From Escherichia coli (GTDB lineage: Bacteria > Pseudomonadota > Gammaproteobacteria > Enterobacterales > Enterobacteriaceae): a stretch of 54,189 bases of DNA. The stretch lies in NCBI RefSeq assembly GCF_003334335.1, contig NZ_QOWQ01000032.1; one strand, written 5' to 3'. The notes beneath the pieces are model-generated. The model did not search any database. It was not told the DNA's origin and saw nothing but the letters and a program-made list of their open reading frames with translations. Both the position numbers and the translations under genes were made by a program. Of this stretch, positions 29,722 through 41,269 are shown piece by piece; the stretch's first letter is position 1, and each line of letters begins with the position of its first letter.

Positions 29722-31377
29722 TTAACTCATCACGCGGTCGTCAACATACTGACGTTTATCCGGCGCTGGCGGGAAATACTGATACAGCCATGTTTCACTG
29801 ATAGCGTCCCCCTGACAACGTAGATACATCCGCATATCGACCGGATCAGTGGAGTCCGAAGTCGGATACCAGTCAAACTGAATACGATAACCATCGATGG
29901 GTTCAATATAGAGAATTTCGATTTGCTTCGCTTCCCCACTGGAAAGCGTAATCACCGGCTCAATGCCTTTTGGCGCGGCAGCTTTCAGATCACCACCAAC
30001 GAAATCGACGGCAAAACGACGCGCCCATTTTTCGGGATAGTGTTCACCTGGCGCCCAACCTTCCGAGAAACCGCCCATGCCGGTACGCGTCGCCATAACG
30101 CGCGCTAATGGGCAATGAACAGGCGGTTGCGCACTCCAGTACAGACGATACTGGAATGCAAACTCATCACCTGCTTTTACAGCTTTTTCTGGCTGCCAGA
30201 AGCAGACAATGTTATCCAGCGTTTCGCCCGTTGTTGGGATTTCCATCAGGCCGATGGTGCCCTTACCCCACTTGTTACGCGGTTCCACCCACAGACTTGG
30301 GCGTTTGTTATACCAGCCCATAATGTCCTGATAATGGGAGAAGTCACGATCCAGTTGCAATAAACCAAACCCTTTCGGGTTGTTGTCGGTGTAAGCATTG
30401 AACTGCAATTTTTGCGGATTATTCAGCGGACGGCAAATCCACTCGCCGTTGCCCCGCCACATGGACAGACGATCAGAGTCATGAATTTGCGGATGAATTG
30501 TATCGCACATCCGACGTTCATTAGTACCGCAGCTGAACATACTGGTCATCGGCGCAATGCCCAGCTGTTTAATGTCTTTGCGCGCATACAGGTGATTTTC
30601 CACATCCATAATCACCTGACTTTTCTCACAATGGATAGTGAACTTATAGGCACCAGTAATGCTGGCGCTATCGAGCAACGCATAAACGGTAAAGGTAGTT
30701 GCCCCCGGTTTTACCGTATCAAACCAGAAGGCGGTAAAGTCGGGGAACTCTTCTTTACTGTCGGTGTAAGTGTCGATCGCCAGGCCGCGGGCCGACAAAC
30801 CGTATTGATATGTATCATCAACGGCGCGGAAATAACTCGCGCCGAGAAATGATACTACATCACGGCGCGCCAGTTCGGGGGCTTTAAACACGCGAAAACC
30901 GGCAAAGCCGAGATCGCTTTGCCCTTCTAATTGTTTTGTATCAACACCTGCATCGTTGTATTTGAACAACTCCGGGCGAAAGTGAATTTCACGCGCCAGA
31001 TGTGTTGCTGGATCTACAGAAAACATACGAACGCGGCGACGGAATCCCATTCCCATATGGAAGAACTGAGCGTCCAGTTGACGGTTCTCAACGTTATGCC
31101 AGAGCGATTTTTCGGCGTCGTATTGAATACTGTTATAAGCCTGCGGCGTCATTGTCGCCAGCGTGTCAGGTAACGGACGAGGCGCACCACGCCACGCTGT
31201 TTGCGCTAAGTCGTGCGCCATTGACTGTAGAATGGAGAAGTCAAAACGCTGGGTTTGCCCGTCGGCAATATCAGAATCTGCCGCGAATGCCGCCTGAGAA
31301 AAAAGAGAAGCAATGCCGCTGGTACCGCACACGGCGGCCATAGCCATTGAACCTTTAATAAATCGTCTACGATCCAT
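29722..31377 (-). CDS. opgD: osmoregulated periplasmic glucans biosynthesis protein D (Tat-exported)
   Basis: 551-aa ORF with twin-arginine signal [23 protein letters not shown]. Matches OpgD/MdoD. Confidence 0.9.
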   Translation of the reverse strand: MDRRRFIKGSMAMAAVCGTSGIASLFSQAAFAADSDIADGQTQRFDFSILQSMAHDLAQTAWRGAPRPLPDTLATMTPQAYNSIQYDAEKSLWHNVENRQLDAQFFHMGMGFRRRVRMFSVDPATHLAREIHFRPELFKYNDAGVDTKQLEGQSDLGFAGFRVFKAPELARRDVVSFLGASYFRAVDDTYQYGLSARGLAIDTYTDSKEEFPDFTAFWFDTVKPGATTFTVYALLDSASITGAYKFTIHCEKSQVIMDVENHLYARKDIKQLGIAPMTSMFSCGTNERRMCDTIHPQIHDSDRLSMWRGNGEWICRPLNNPQKLQFNAYTDNNPKGFGLLQLDRDFSHYQDIMGWYNKRPSLWVEPRNKWGKGTIGLMEIPTTGETLDNIVCFWQPEKAVKAGDEFAFQYRLYWSAQPPVHCPLARVMATRTGMGGFSEGWAPGEHYPEKWARRFAVDFVGGDLKAAAPKGIEPVITLSSGEAKQIEILYIEPIDGYRIQFDWYPTSDSTDPVDMRMYLRCQGDAISETWLYQYFPPAPDKRQYVDDRVMS

Positions 31378-31601
31378 ACCTGAAAGTGAGTCCTTCTGGT
31401 GTTGTGAATGGTCCCGCGCTGGTCGTTTTCAGCGGCAAGAAAGTGCTTATTTATGACCGCTCACTCTAGACAATATTTATTAATAATCCAATTGTTGAAC
31501 TGAGAGAATATGCATAAATCGGCATTTTTTTTATGTCGATGGGATGAGCCTGATTCGTTTGTAAAATCAGGCAAATTTTTGCAAAGGCGGATGGTCAGAT
31601 T

Positions 31602-32945
31602 TTAAAGCAAACCACAGCGACGTTTACTGCGTTCTTCCGCTTCCTGGTAAAGCTGGAACTCATCCAAAACCGGACAACCCAACGCCTGCTCAAATGCTTC
31701 GCGACTGGCATTACCGTGACTGCGTGTCTGCGTTTCATTACCCAGATTTGACTGGAAGATCCCCGCCGCGCTAACGGGCAAGAAATCTTCATAGGTGATG
31801 GGTTGCGCCACTACCCAACCACGTTCAATTAAGGGCTGTGGATCGTCTCCAGGATGAATCGCCTGACGATGCGCCTCACCCGAAGGCGTCAGACGGTACC
31901 GGAACCATGCCAACCCTTGCTGACGCATTAAAAACTCACTGTCAGGAAAAGTGCGGAAGGTTTCCTGTAAATGCATTTGGTGAGTGAGATTATCCTGCCC
32001 GGTTCCAGCGTTACGCAGAAGATCATCATACAGTTGTCGCCCTTTCGGCGTTAATGCCACGCCACGCTGCTCAATTTCACCAAAGCGCGCGGTATGCGTG
32101 CCCTGTTTCTGCCCCGCAAACAACACCGTCTCTTCCAGTGCTTTAAAGCTGGTCTGGCGTAGTAAAATCGGTACCTCGCGGCGCGGCGGCCCCTCGATGA
32201 GAATTTTGGGTTCAATTCCGCATTCAGGCATCATCGACTGCACCCGGTCAATATCCAGCGTACGTGGCGTCAGGTGGTTGATATGGCATCCAGGAAAACA
32301 GACCACATCAGCAATCAACCGATGTTCGTTGTGCAATGCGCGATAGGTTTCTTCATCTACCGTTGCTGACTGGTGCCAGCGAAACGTTTCCAGGGCTTCC
32401 TGCACAAACTCCTGTGCCTGTGTTTCGTTAAAACCGCCCTGCTGCTCATATTCCTCTAACAGTTGTCGACAACGTGGGGTGAAGATATCGCGCTGACGCA
32501 GAATCTCCGCCGCTTTCTGGCGCAAAATTTCGTTCTCGATAAGCTCAAGGCGGAGTAAGGAGGTAAAAACGCGGAAGGGATTACGCGCCAGAGAAGCATC
32601 ATCAATGGGCCGAAATGCTGTCGAATGTACCGGCACCCCTGCCTGCGAGAGATCGTAATAGCTCACCGGGTACATCCCCATAATGGCAAACATCCGCCGA
32701 AGAGTAGCAAGCTCTTGTGCAGTCCCAACGCGAATCGCCCCATGACGTTCAACATTCAGTCGCGCCAGCTCGTCTGCATTTACCATTTTTTCGTGCAGTT
32801 GAGGATTGTTTTCCAGCACAGCCAGATTCACATCAGCTACCAGTTCCAGCAGCGTGCCATATTGCGGAACTTCTTGCTGGTACATGGCTGACATTGCCTG
32901 CGAAAACTGTTCCCGAATCTCATCCGCCGTGATGCTGTTCGCCAT
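31602..32945 (-). CDS. ydcJ: DUF1338 protein (HglS-like 2-oxoadipate dioxygenase/decarboxylase family)
   Basis: 447-aa ORF matching YdcJ. Confidence 0.85.
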   Translation of the reverse strand: MANSITADEIREQFSQAMSAMYQQEVPQYGTLLELVADVNLAVLENNPQLHEKMVNADELARLNVERHGAIRVGTAQELATLRRMFAIMGMYPVSYYDLSQAGVPVHSTAFRPIDDASLARNPFRVFTSLLRLELIENEILRQKAAEILRQRDIFTPRCRQLLEEYEQQGGFNETQAQEFVQEALETFRWHQSATVDEETYRALHNEHRLIADVVCFPGCHINHLTPRTLDIDRVQSMMPECGIEPKILIEGPPRREVPILLRQTSFKALEETVLFAGQKQGTHTARFGEIEQRGVALTPKGRQLYDDLLRNAGTGQDNLTHQMHLQETFRTFPDSEFLMRQQGLAWFRYRLTPSGEAHRQAIHPGDDPQPLIERGWVVAQPITYEDFLPVSAAGIFQSNLGNETQTRSHGNASREAFEQALGCPVLDEFQLYQEAEERSKRRCGLL

Positions 32946-33161
32946 AGTGTCTGCCTCCAGTGGTCAGTAATCTGGAGTGTAGGTAACCGCATTCACTCTT
33001 GCGGGAAGAATTTACAAACTGTGATCTCGCCGCGAAAACATCAATATTATCCATTTTGCTGTAACATAATTGCTTTAATTGTTAATAATATTTTGCAATC
33101 AAGTTATCATAATCAAACAACTTCACTTGTCAGCGACACCGCTTCGTTTTTAACATCGCTT

Positions 33162-34085
33162 ATGGAAAAAAATAGTCTGTTTAGTCAGCGCATCCGTTTG
33201 CGCCACCTTCATACATTCGTAGCTGTCGCACAACAAGGAACTTTGGGGCGCGCGGCTGAAACCCTTAATTTGAGTCAACCTGCGCTCTCTAAGACATTGA
33301 ATGAACTGGAGCAGCTGACTGGCGCTCGCTTGTTTGAGCGTGGTCGTCAGGGGGCGCAACTTACCTTACCCGGCGAACAATTTTTAACGCATGCAGTCAG
33401 AGTTCTTGACGCCATCAACACTGCCGGACGGTCGCTTCATCGTAAAGAAGGTCTTAATAATGATGTCGTCAGGGTTGGTGCACTACCTACTGCGGCACTG
33501 GGGATATTACCTTCGGTTATAGGTCAGTTTCATCAGCAACAAAAAGAGACGACCTTGCAAGTTGCGACAATGAGTAACCCTATGATTCTGGCGGGTTTAA
33601 AAACCGGGGAAATCGATATCGGCATTGGTCGGATGTCAGATCCTGAACTGATGACCGGGCTTAATTACGAACTGCTGTTTCTTGAATCGTTGAAGCTGGT
33701 TGTCCGCCCTAATCACCCGCTACTTCAGGAGAACGTAACGCTAAGCCGGGTGCTGGAATGGCCGGTCGTTGTATCACCAGAAGGCACTGCGCCACGCCAG
33801 CATTCAGATGCATTAGTGCAGAGCCAGGGCTGTAAAATTCCTTCGGGTTGTATCGAAACGCTGTCTGCTTCGCTATCTCGTCAACTTACGGTTGAATACG
33901 ATTACGTGTGGTTTGTCCCTTCTGGCGCTGTAAAAGACGACCTGCGTCATGCCACGCTGGTGGCCCTGCCTGTTCCGGGACATGGTGCAGGCGAACCGAT
34001 TGGAATACTGACCCGCGTAGATGCGACGTTCTCTTCTGGTTGCCAGTTGATGATTAACGCTATTCGAAAATCAATGCCGTTCTGA
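33162..34085 (+). CDS. ydcI: LysR-family transcriptional regulator
   Basis: Track ORF is over-extended by 47 codons. ATG at 33162 gives MEKNSLFSQRIRLRHLHTFVAVAQQGTLGRAAETLNLSQPALSKTL... (LysR HTH), 307 aa. Confidence 0.85.
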   Translation: MEKNSLFSQRIRLRHLHTFVAVAQQGTLGRAAETLNLSQPALSKTLNELEQLTGARLFERGRQGAQLTLPGEQFLTHAVRVLDAINTAGRSLHRKEGLNNDVVRVGALPTAALGILPSVIGQFHQQQKETTLQVATMSNPMILAGLKTGEIDIGIGRMSDPELMTGLNYELLFLESLKLVVRPNHPLLQENVTLSRVLEWPVVVSPEGTAPRQHSDALVQSQGCKIPSGCIETLSASLSRQLTVEYDYVWFVPSGAVKDDLRHATLVALPVPGHGAGEPIGILTRVDATFSSGCQLMINAIRKSMPF

Positions 34086-34092
34086 AAGGTGA

Positions 34093-34116
34093 AGGGATCT
34101 GTCGATCCCTCCTTGA
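34093..34116. terminator. hairpin between convergent ydcI and trg
   Basis: agggatc-tgtc-gatccct inverted repeat. Confidence 0.45.
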
Positions 34117-34122
34117 ACATTT

Positions 34123-35763
34123 TCACACCGTAGCGAAACTAACTGGTTCACCCGCTCCGCGAGGTTCTGCCGACACAGAATGTTTGTGCAGACGGAATAC
34201 ATCCACCGCCTCAGTTAATCGTGCCGCCTGTTCTTCAAGGGACACCGCCGCCGCTGAGGCCTCTTCTACCAGAGAAGCATTCTGTTGCGTCACCTTATCC
34301 ATTTCAGAAATCGCCTGGCTAACCTGCGTTATGCCTCTACTTTGTTCATCCGAGGCGGCGGCGATTTCCTGCATGATATGTGTGACACTCGCGACGGCAT
34401 CAACAATAGTGCTCATGGTTTTCCCGGCCGTTGCCACCTCATCCGACCCCAGGTCAATTAACCTGACTGATTCACTGATCAAGCCTTCAATCTCTTTCGC
34501 CGCCTGAGCGCTGCGACTTGCGAGTGTCCGTACTTCGCTGGCGACAACGGCAAATCCACGCCCTTGCTCACCCGCTCGCGCGGCTTCAACGGCAGCATTC
34601 AGTGCCAGAATATTCGTCTGGAAAGCAATACTGTTGATGACGGCGGTGATCTCAGAAATTTTCTTCGAACTCGTGGAGATAGCGCCCATCGTTTTTACTA
34701 CACCGGAAACCGTCTGCCCGCCATCGCTGGCTTTAATAGAAGCCTCTTGCGCCAGTTTGCTGGCATGATGCGCGTTATCCGCATTCTGTTTCACCGTCGC
34801 AGTGAGTTGCTCCATGCTGGCGGCAGTTTGTTCGATAGCCGCCGCTTGTTCTTCGGTGCGAGATGACAGGTCCGCATTGCCAGCTGAAATTTCGCTGGTG
34901 CCACGATAAATCTCTTCCGCGCCCTGTCGAACAGTCCCTACTGTCATCCCCAGTGAATGCTGCATTTGCTGTAAATGACGACTTAAGCGACCGATTTCAT
35001 TACGACCCGCCGGTTCATCATTCATCGTCAGATCGCCACTGGCGATTTTTTCAATCCGTTGTGCGGCATGTTGCAGTGGACGAATGACGATCCGACGTAG
35101 CACCATAAATGTTATCAGCGTCATGACCAGGGCAAGCACAAACGCGCCAATCATGAACATCCCACCCAGGCGGGTGCGCTGATGGGCCAGTTCCGCCAGT
35201 TGGTTGGCTCTGGTGCTACGTATCTTAACGGCTTTGTTCAAAATATCGGTATAAGCATTATCCAGCGGTCGGATCTGCTCACTTTCATGATTGATAATCG
35301 CTTCAAACATGCCATTTTTGGCATATTTCAACATAGGTTGCATACCCGTGATATAAGCCTGAAAGCGTTGATTTAATTCAGTGTCGAGGGCTTCATCAGC
35401 AGGTGTTTTCACCGGTCGATTCTGATAAGCACGATAACCTTGCTGCGACTGTTTAATCTCCGATTCGGCTTGCGCAATATTTCGCTTCATTGCTTCCATT
35501 TCCGCAATACGACTCGCAGCCCCGGCCTGAATCATATTGATCCGGGCTGAACGCAAAAAATCTGAACTGTTCGCTAACCCGGTCCGAATCTCAATCTCCG
35601 CAGTAACATCACGCTGATCGCGATCGGCCTGCCAGAGGAAATAGCCAGCCAGGGCTGAACTTAATGCGAATAGAACTAAGATACCGCCTAGAATGCAGGC
35701 AAATAACGGAACCAACCTGATGTGATGCAAAAAACCTAATCGCTGTGAGGGAGTTGTATTCAT
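34123..35763 (-). CDS. trg: methyl-accepting chemotaxis protein III (ribose/galactose)
   Basis: 546-aa ORF with two TM segments, HAMP domain and highly conserved MCP signalling domain (methylation sites EEQAAA, QQNA). Confidence 0.9.
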   Translation of the reverse strand: MNTTPSQRLGFLHHIRLVPLFACILGGILVLFALSSALAGYFLWQADRDQRDVTAEIEIRTGLANSSDFLRSARINMIQAGAASRIAEMEAMKRNIAQAESEIKQSQQGYRAYQNRPVKTPADEALDTELNQRFQAYITGMQPMLKYAKNGMFEAIINHESEQIRPLDNAYTDILNKAVKIRSTRANQLAELAHQRTRLGGMFMIGAFVLALVMTLITFMVLRRIVIRPLQHAAQRIEKIASGDLTMNDEPAGRNEIGRLSRHLQQMQHSLGMTVGTVRQGAEEIYRGTSEISAGNADLSSRTEEQAAAIEQTAASMEQLTATVKQNADNAHHASKLAQEASIKASDGGQTVSGVVKTMGAISTSSKKISEITAVINSIAFQTNILALNAAVEAARAGEQGRGFAVVASEVRTLASRSAQAAKEIEGLISESVRLIDLGSDEVATAGKTMSTIVDAVASVTHIMQEIAAASDEQSRGITQVSQAISEMDKVTQQNASLVEEASAAAVSLEEQAARLTEAVDVFRLHKHSVSAEPRGAGEPVSFATV

Positions 35764-35802
35764 TACCGTTGTCTCTCGTCCAGGTTTACTCCTGATAGAA
35801 AG

Positions 35803-35829
35803 TCATCGGCACTTGACGGTAATTACTTA
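35803..35829 (-). promoter_or_regulatory. sigma28 (FliA) class-3 flagellar promoter for trg
   Basis: Minus strand reads TAAGTAAT-N11-GCCGATGA against consensus TAAAGTTT-N11-GCCGATAA, about 40 nt upstream of the trg ATG. Confidence 0.5.
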
Positions 35830-36039
35830 TGACCAAAAACCTCTTTGCGTCACATTTTTACAACAATTATTGCATAGAAAATTAATGCTATTGGAATGAA
35901 GAGAGTAACGAATGGCTAAACTGGCTAACCCGAATGACGAAAAATTCTGGAAAACAGCACGCAATTTCGTGAAGTGATTATTTTCGTCCCTAAGGAAACC
36001 TTATAGGATGCCTGCGGGTGCCTGAGACTTTCTGTTTTC

Positions 36040-36103
36040 AGGCTAACCGGGAATCAGAAAGACGAAGGCCCCGACCGATATTTCTATCAACCGAGGCCAA
36101 CGA

Positions 36104-36130
<27 letters not shown>
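36040..36130 (-). ncRNA. sokB: expected SokB antisense RNA overlapping the mokB/hokB leader (boundaries approximate)
   Basis: Inferred from hok/sok family architecture. Not independently delimited from sequence. Confidence 0.3.
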
Positions 36131-36311
<181 letters not shown>

Positions 36312-36317
36312 GGGCAA

Positions 36318-36342
36318 GCGCGGGGATTTTCCCCGCGCATTT
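36318..36342 (+). terminator. intrinsic terminator after hokB
   Basis: gcgcgggg-atttt-ccccgcgc followed by attt. Confidence 0.5.
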
Positions 36343-36382
36343 GACTAGCAGATTCATTTTCTCATGGCACCCCTTTTACACT

Positions 36383-36556
36383 TCAGTTAGTGCATGTTTT
36401 TTTCGATGCACTAATAGAACCATCATTACAGACAAATTTGCCGCCTGCCGTACAGTGTGAGATCCCCCCTTTCGAACCAGAACAGGGTTTGCGCCCGGCA
36501 TCGGCATAAAAGGAAACAAGCGTTCCCATAAACAAAATAAGTGCCAGTTTTTTCAT
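36383..36556 (-). CDS. ydcA: small secreted Cys-rich protein (57 aa)
   Basis: Manual translation of minus strand: MKKLALILFMGTLVSFYADAGRKPCSGSKGGISHCTAGGKFVCNDGSISASKKTCTN. Below the ORF-track cutoff. Confidence 0.75.
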   Translation of the reverse strand: MKKLALILFMGTLVSFYADAGRKPCSGSKGGISHCTAGGKFVCNDGSISASKKTCTN

Positions 36557-36726
36557 ATAACCTCCATGGTTTATCGAATCTTATGTTCGATTTGAACGTT
36601 ATACGCTGGTTTATTTTGATACCGTTGATGAGATCAAAGATCGGGTGAATTGATTAAAAATAAGCCAGATGGACGTATGGGCAAGGATTATGGTTTTATT
36701 TATCATACAAATAAATATAATAGGCG

Positions 36727-36790
36727 CTTCCGATGTAGACCCGTATTCTTCGCCTGTACCACGGGTCGGTTTTAGTACAGGCGTTTTCTT
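36727..36790 (+). ncRNA. rydC: RydC Hfq-binding small RNA (64 nt)
   Basis: cttccgatgtagacccgtattcttcgcctgtaccacgggtcggttttagtacaggcgttttctt matches RydC as I recall it. Pseudoknot-capable pairs gacccg/cgggtc and cgcctgtac/gtacaggcg, U-tract terminator, and tataat -10 element 6 nt upstream at 36716-36721. Confidence 0.8.
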
Positions 36791-36800
36791 TAAATATCCT

Positions 36801-37331
36801 TCAGGAACGTTTACGCGGCATCATGCGTAGAAGTGTGTTGTCCTTCCAGAAATAGTGGTGTGCCAGTGCAGCCGCAGCGTGCAACCCGATGACAAAATAT
36901 CCCAGATTCGCCAGCGTTTCATGCCACGACTTTAAGCTATCTACCCGTTCGAAATTGGCCTCTGAAGCGTAAGGCATCGTCAAACCAAACGCAAACCACG
37001 GGTTGCCCCGGTTATACATCATCACCAAACCAATCACTGGCAGCGCAATAAACAGGAGATAAATCACCAAATGTCCCAAATGCGCCAGTCCCGTCATCAT
37101 CGGTTTTGGCTTAGGTATAATCGGCGGGGTTGGGTATTTCAGCCTTAACAAAAGACGAACGACCATCAGCACGAGAATTGAGATGCCACAGGAAACATGA
37201 ATCATGTTGATGAGTGGCCGATCGCTACGTGGGAAGAAACCACGAAACTCCATTGCGCAATACGCTGCGATAACCAGTAAAAAGACCAGCCAGTGAATGC
37301 TGATTTGTAACCTTGAATATTTATTTTCCAT
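36801..37331 (-). CDS. cybB: cytochrome b561
   Basis: Track ORF is over-extended by 12 codons. ATG at 37329-37331 gives MENKYSRLQISIHW... of 176 aa with 4 TM helices and haem-ligand histidines. Confidence 0.9.
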   Translation of the reverse strand: MENKYSRLQISIHWLVFLLVIAAYCAMEFRGFFPRSDRPLINMIHVSCGISILVLMVVRLLLRLKYPTPPIIPKPKPMMTGLAHLGHLVIYLLFIALPVIGLVMMYNRGNPWFAFGLTMPYASEANFERVDSLKSWHETLANLGYFVIGLHAAAALAHHYFWKDNTLLRMMPRKRS

Positions 37332-37507
37332 AACATTTCCTGCTTTAACATAATTTTCCGTTAACATAACGGGCTTTTCTCAAAATTTCATTAAATATTG
37401 TTCACCCGTTTTCAGTACGTTACGTTTCACTGTGAGAATGGAGATTGCCCATCCCGCCATCCTGGTCTAAGCCTGGAAAGGATCAATTTTCATCCGAACG
37501 TTCCTGA

Positions 37508-38520
<1,013 letters not shown>

Positions 38521-38527
38521 CGCGCAC

Positions 38528-38555
38528 AGGCGGAGGAAAAAACCTCCGCCTCTTT
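38528..38555. terminator. bidirectional terminator between gapC and aldA
   Basis: aggcggagg-aaaaaa-cctccgcct followed by cttt. Confidence 0.5.
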
Positions 38556-38561
38556 CACTCA

Positions 38562-40001
38562 TTAAGACTGTAAATAAACCACCTGGGTCTGCAGATATTC
38601 ATGCAAGCCATGTTTACCATCTGCGCCGCCAATACCGGATTTACGCCATCCGGCGTGGAAGCCTTGCATAGCTTCGAAGTTTTCACGGTTGATGTAAGTT
38701 TCACCAAACTTCAGCCCTTTAATGGCTTTCATCGCGACGTTCAGATTTTGGGTATAGATTGATGAGGTCAGGCCGTAATCACTGTCATTAGCCATTGAGA
38801 TAGCATCTTCCAGCGTGTCAAATGCGACAACTGGCAGCACCGGGCCAAAGGTTTCCTCATGCATAATCGACATTTCCTGGCGAACATCCAGCAGCAATGT
38901 CGGCGGATAATAATATCCTTTCCCCTCTACCGCTTTGCCACCGAACGCCACTCTCGCCCCTTCTTCTACTGCGCGCGCCACTTTTTGCTCGACCCTTTCC
39001 AGCGCCGCGGCGTTAATCAACGGCCCCATCGCAATGTCGTTGCGTTCAGCGGGGTTACCAAATTGAACCGCCTGCATCGCTTCACCCAGCCGATTGACGA
39101 ACTGATCATAAATGCCTTTCTGTACATAAACACGTTCTGCACAGTTACACACTTGCCCACTATTAATGACGCGTGAATCAACGATGGCTTTGACTGCCAG
39201 TTCAAGATCGGCATCGTCCATTACGATAGCTGGTGCTTTACCCCCCAATTCCAGACACACTTTGGTGATGTTTTTTGCCGCAGTCGCCATGATCTTCTCA
39301 CCTGCAGAGACGCTGCCTGTCATACTGACCATTGCGACCTTTGGGTTACCCGCCAGTTCTTGCCCAACGGTTTCACCACGCCCCAGTACAAGGTTAAACA
39401 CGCCGCGCGGAAGGCCTATTTCATCGACGATTTTGGCGAATGCAATCGCATTGTTTGGCGTAAATTCACTAGGTTTAATGACGATGGTATTACCGGTCAA
39501 AAGAGCGGGAGCCATTTTGCGGGCAATGAGGAAGAACGGGAAGTTCCACGGCAGAATGCCGGTAGTCACACCAAGCGCACGTTTAAACAAAAGAATATTT
39601 TCTCCTGGACGATCGCTTTGAATAATCTCGCCCTCGTAACGCCGTGCCCACTCCGCCATGTAATCGATATAGTCGGCAGTAAAAGCCACTTCGACTTCAG
39701 CCAGCTGCTGGATCTTGCCCCCTTCTTCAACAATCAGCGCACTGATTTCACTGGCGCGTTCGCGGATCCCGGCGGAGATTTTGCGCAACCAACTGGCGCG
39801 TTCAATAGCAGGCAACGCTTCCCATTCTGGTTGTGCACGTTCTGCTGCATCGATTGCCTTACGGGCATCCTCGGCCTGACCATCGGGTATGCGGGAAATG
39901 ACAGCCTCTGTAGCAGGGTTTACCACATCAATCCATGCGTCTCCACGCCAGGTAACAAACTGTCCATCGATATACATAGGATGTTGAACGGGTACTGACA
40001 T
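38562..40001 (-). CDS. aldA: lactaldehyde dehydrogenase (NAD-dependent aldehyde dehydrogenase A)
   Basis: 479-aa ORF with ALDH motifs (LELGGKAP, catalytic Cys in GQVCNCAERV). Confidence 0.9.
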   Translation of the reverse strand: MSVPVQHPMYIDGQFVTWRGDAWIDVVNPATEAVISRIPDGQAEDARKAIDAAERAQPEWEALPAIERASWLRKISAGIRERASEISALIVEEGGKIQQLAEVEVAFTADYIDYMAEWARRYEGEIIQSDRPGENILLFKRALGVTTGILPWNFPFFLIARKMAPALLTGNTIVIKPSEFTPNNAIAFAKIVDEIGLPRGVFNLVLGRGETVGQELAGNPKVAMVSMTGSVSAGEKIMATAAKNITKVCLELGGKAPAIVMDDADLELAVKAIVDSRVINSGQVCNCAERVYVQKGIYDQFVNRLGEAMQAVQFGNPAERNDIAMGPLINAAALERVEQKVARAVEEGARVAFGGKAVEGKGYYYPPTLLLDVRQEMSIMHEETFGPVLPVVAFDTLEDAISMANDSDYGLTSSIYTQNLNVAMKAIKGLKFGETYINRENFEAMQGFHAGWRKSGIGGADGKHGLHEYLQTQVVYLQS

Positions 40002-40197
40002 GGGCGACTCCTGTGATTTATATGTTTGTTTTCGGTGAATACATTGTTAATTAACATCAATCATCAGAGAGACGGCATCGTGAAAGGACAATTCTGTGAA
40101 GGGCTTCATAAAAACAAGTGTAAAAGGAATAAAAGGCAGAAATAAAAGTCAGGAGTCATGCCCGTTTGCAAACAAGTGGTTCACAAACGGGCAATTT

Positions 40198-40998
40198 TTA
40201 ACGTAACGAGCGACTTTCCATCGCCTCGATGAGCACCGCATCATGTTTCAGCGTTTGCCATGCATGGATGACTTCTGCCGGAAAATCAACGTGAACGATA
40301 AAATCTCGCCCGCGGGGACCGTAGCCATCGCTATCATCGCGTAAACGCGGCAGCTCGCCAGTGAGTAGTGAGAGATAACGCTCAACTGGCCATAATCCTT
40401 GTAACTGATTAATAAAGATTACACTGTCTGCGTTATTTCCTAACTGAGGAACGAATCCGGGATAACTTAACCAGCGTGGTGCATCGGGATTGTCCCCAGT
40501 CATACGGCGGAACGTCGCCATCGTGCGCCGCTGCATGGTGGGGTCCTGAACAACGATAGCCGTATGAACTCGTTCTACGGCCTGATTCAATAGCGCGATG
40601 CTAAAGCGTGCGTTTTCACCGCAGTTTGTTGACTGGTCTTCAATCCAGATTTTTTCATGCGGAATGTGCCAGAACTGATGAGCGATATCCGCCAGGATGG
40701 TCGCTTCTGCTCTGCCAGTGGTGCGGATAGTGTTGTAGTGCGGATGCTGTGCGATGGCGCTATACAAAAAAGTTGTCGAGTGACCGATACCACCACTAAT
40801 CAGTAAAGGAATTTGCTGATCGCGGGCAATCTTACATGCCGCATCGATAGTCGGCATAACCGCATTGCCTGCAAGGATCACGCAATCGGCCTGATACGGC
40901 ACCTCACCGGAGAAATCATCCTGCGCCAGCCACTGTCCGATAACATTTATGGCATCTATAGTTGCCGGCGAAAGCGTCGGAAACGGGTTAATGTTCAT
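40198..40998 (-). CDS. ydcF: DUF218 (YdcF) family protein
   Basis: 266-aa ORF matching YdcF. Confidence 0.85.
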
Positions 40999-41212
40999 GG
41001 TTCCTCCTTATCGTTCCCTTAAGAATACTGCGTGAGATAATAGTGAGAAGCGGAGCACTCTGAAAGGAGGAAATCGTATGTCCTTAACCGCCACTCCGCA
41101 AGCCTGACATATCTTTTAAGGAAATGCTGTAGATAAACATTATTCATCTTGCAGCAGAGAATTGTATTTTTCTGAATTCCTGAATTTTTACCCTTACCGT
41201 TTTAGAATTAAT

Positions 41213-41247
41213 AAAAAACCCGGCGCTAAATGCTTACCGGGTTTTTT
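41213..41247 (-). terminator. intrinsic terminator downstream of hrpA
   Basis: aaaaaacccgg...ccgggtttttt: stem flanked by an A-run and a T-run, so it may act in both directions. Confidence 0.55.
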
Positions 41248-41269
41248 CTTTATCAGGCAAATAGCAGGG

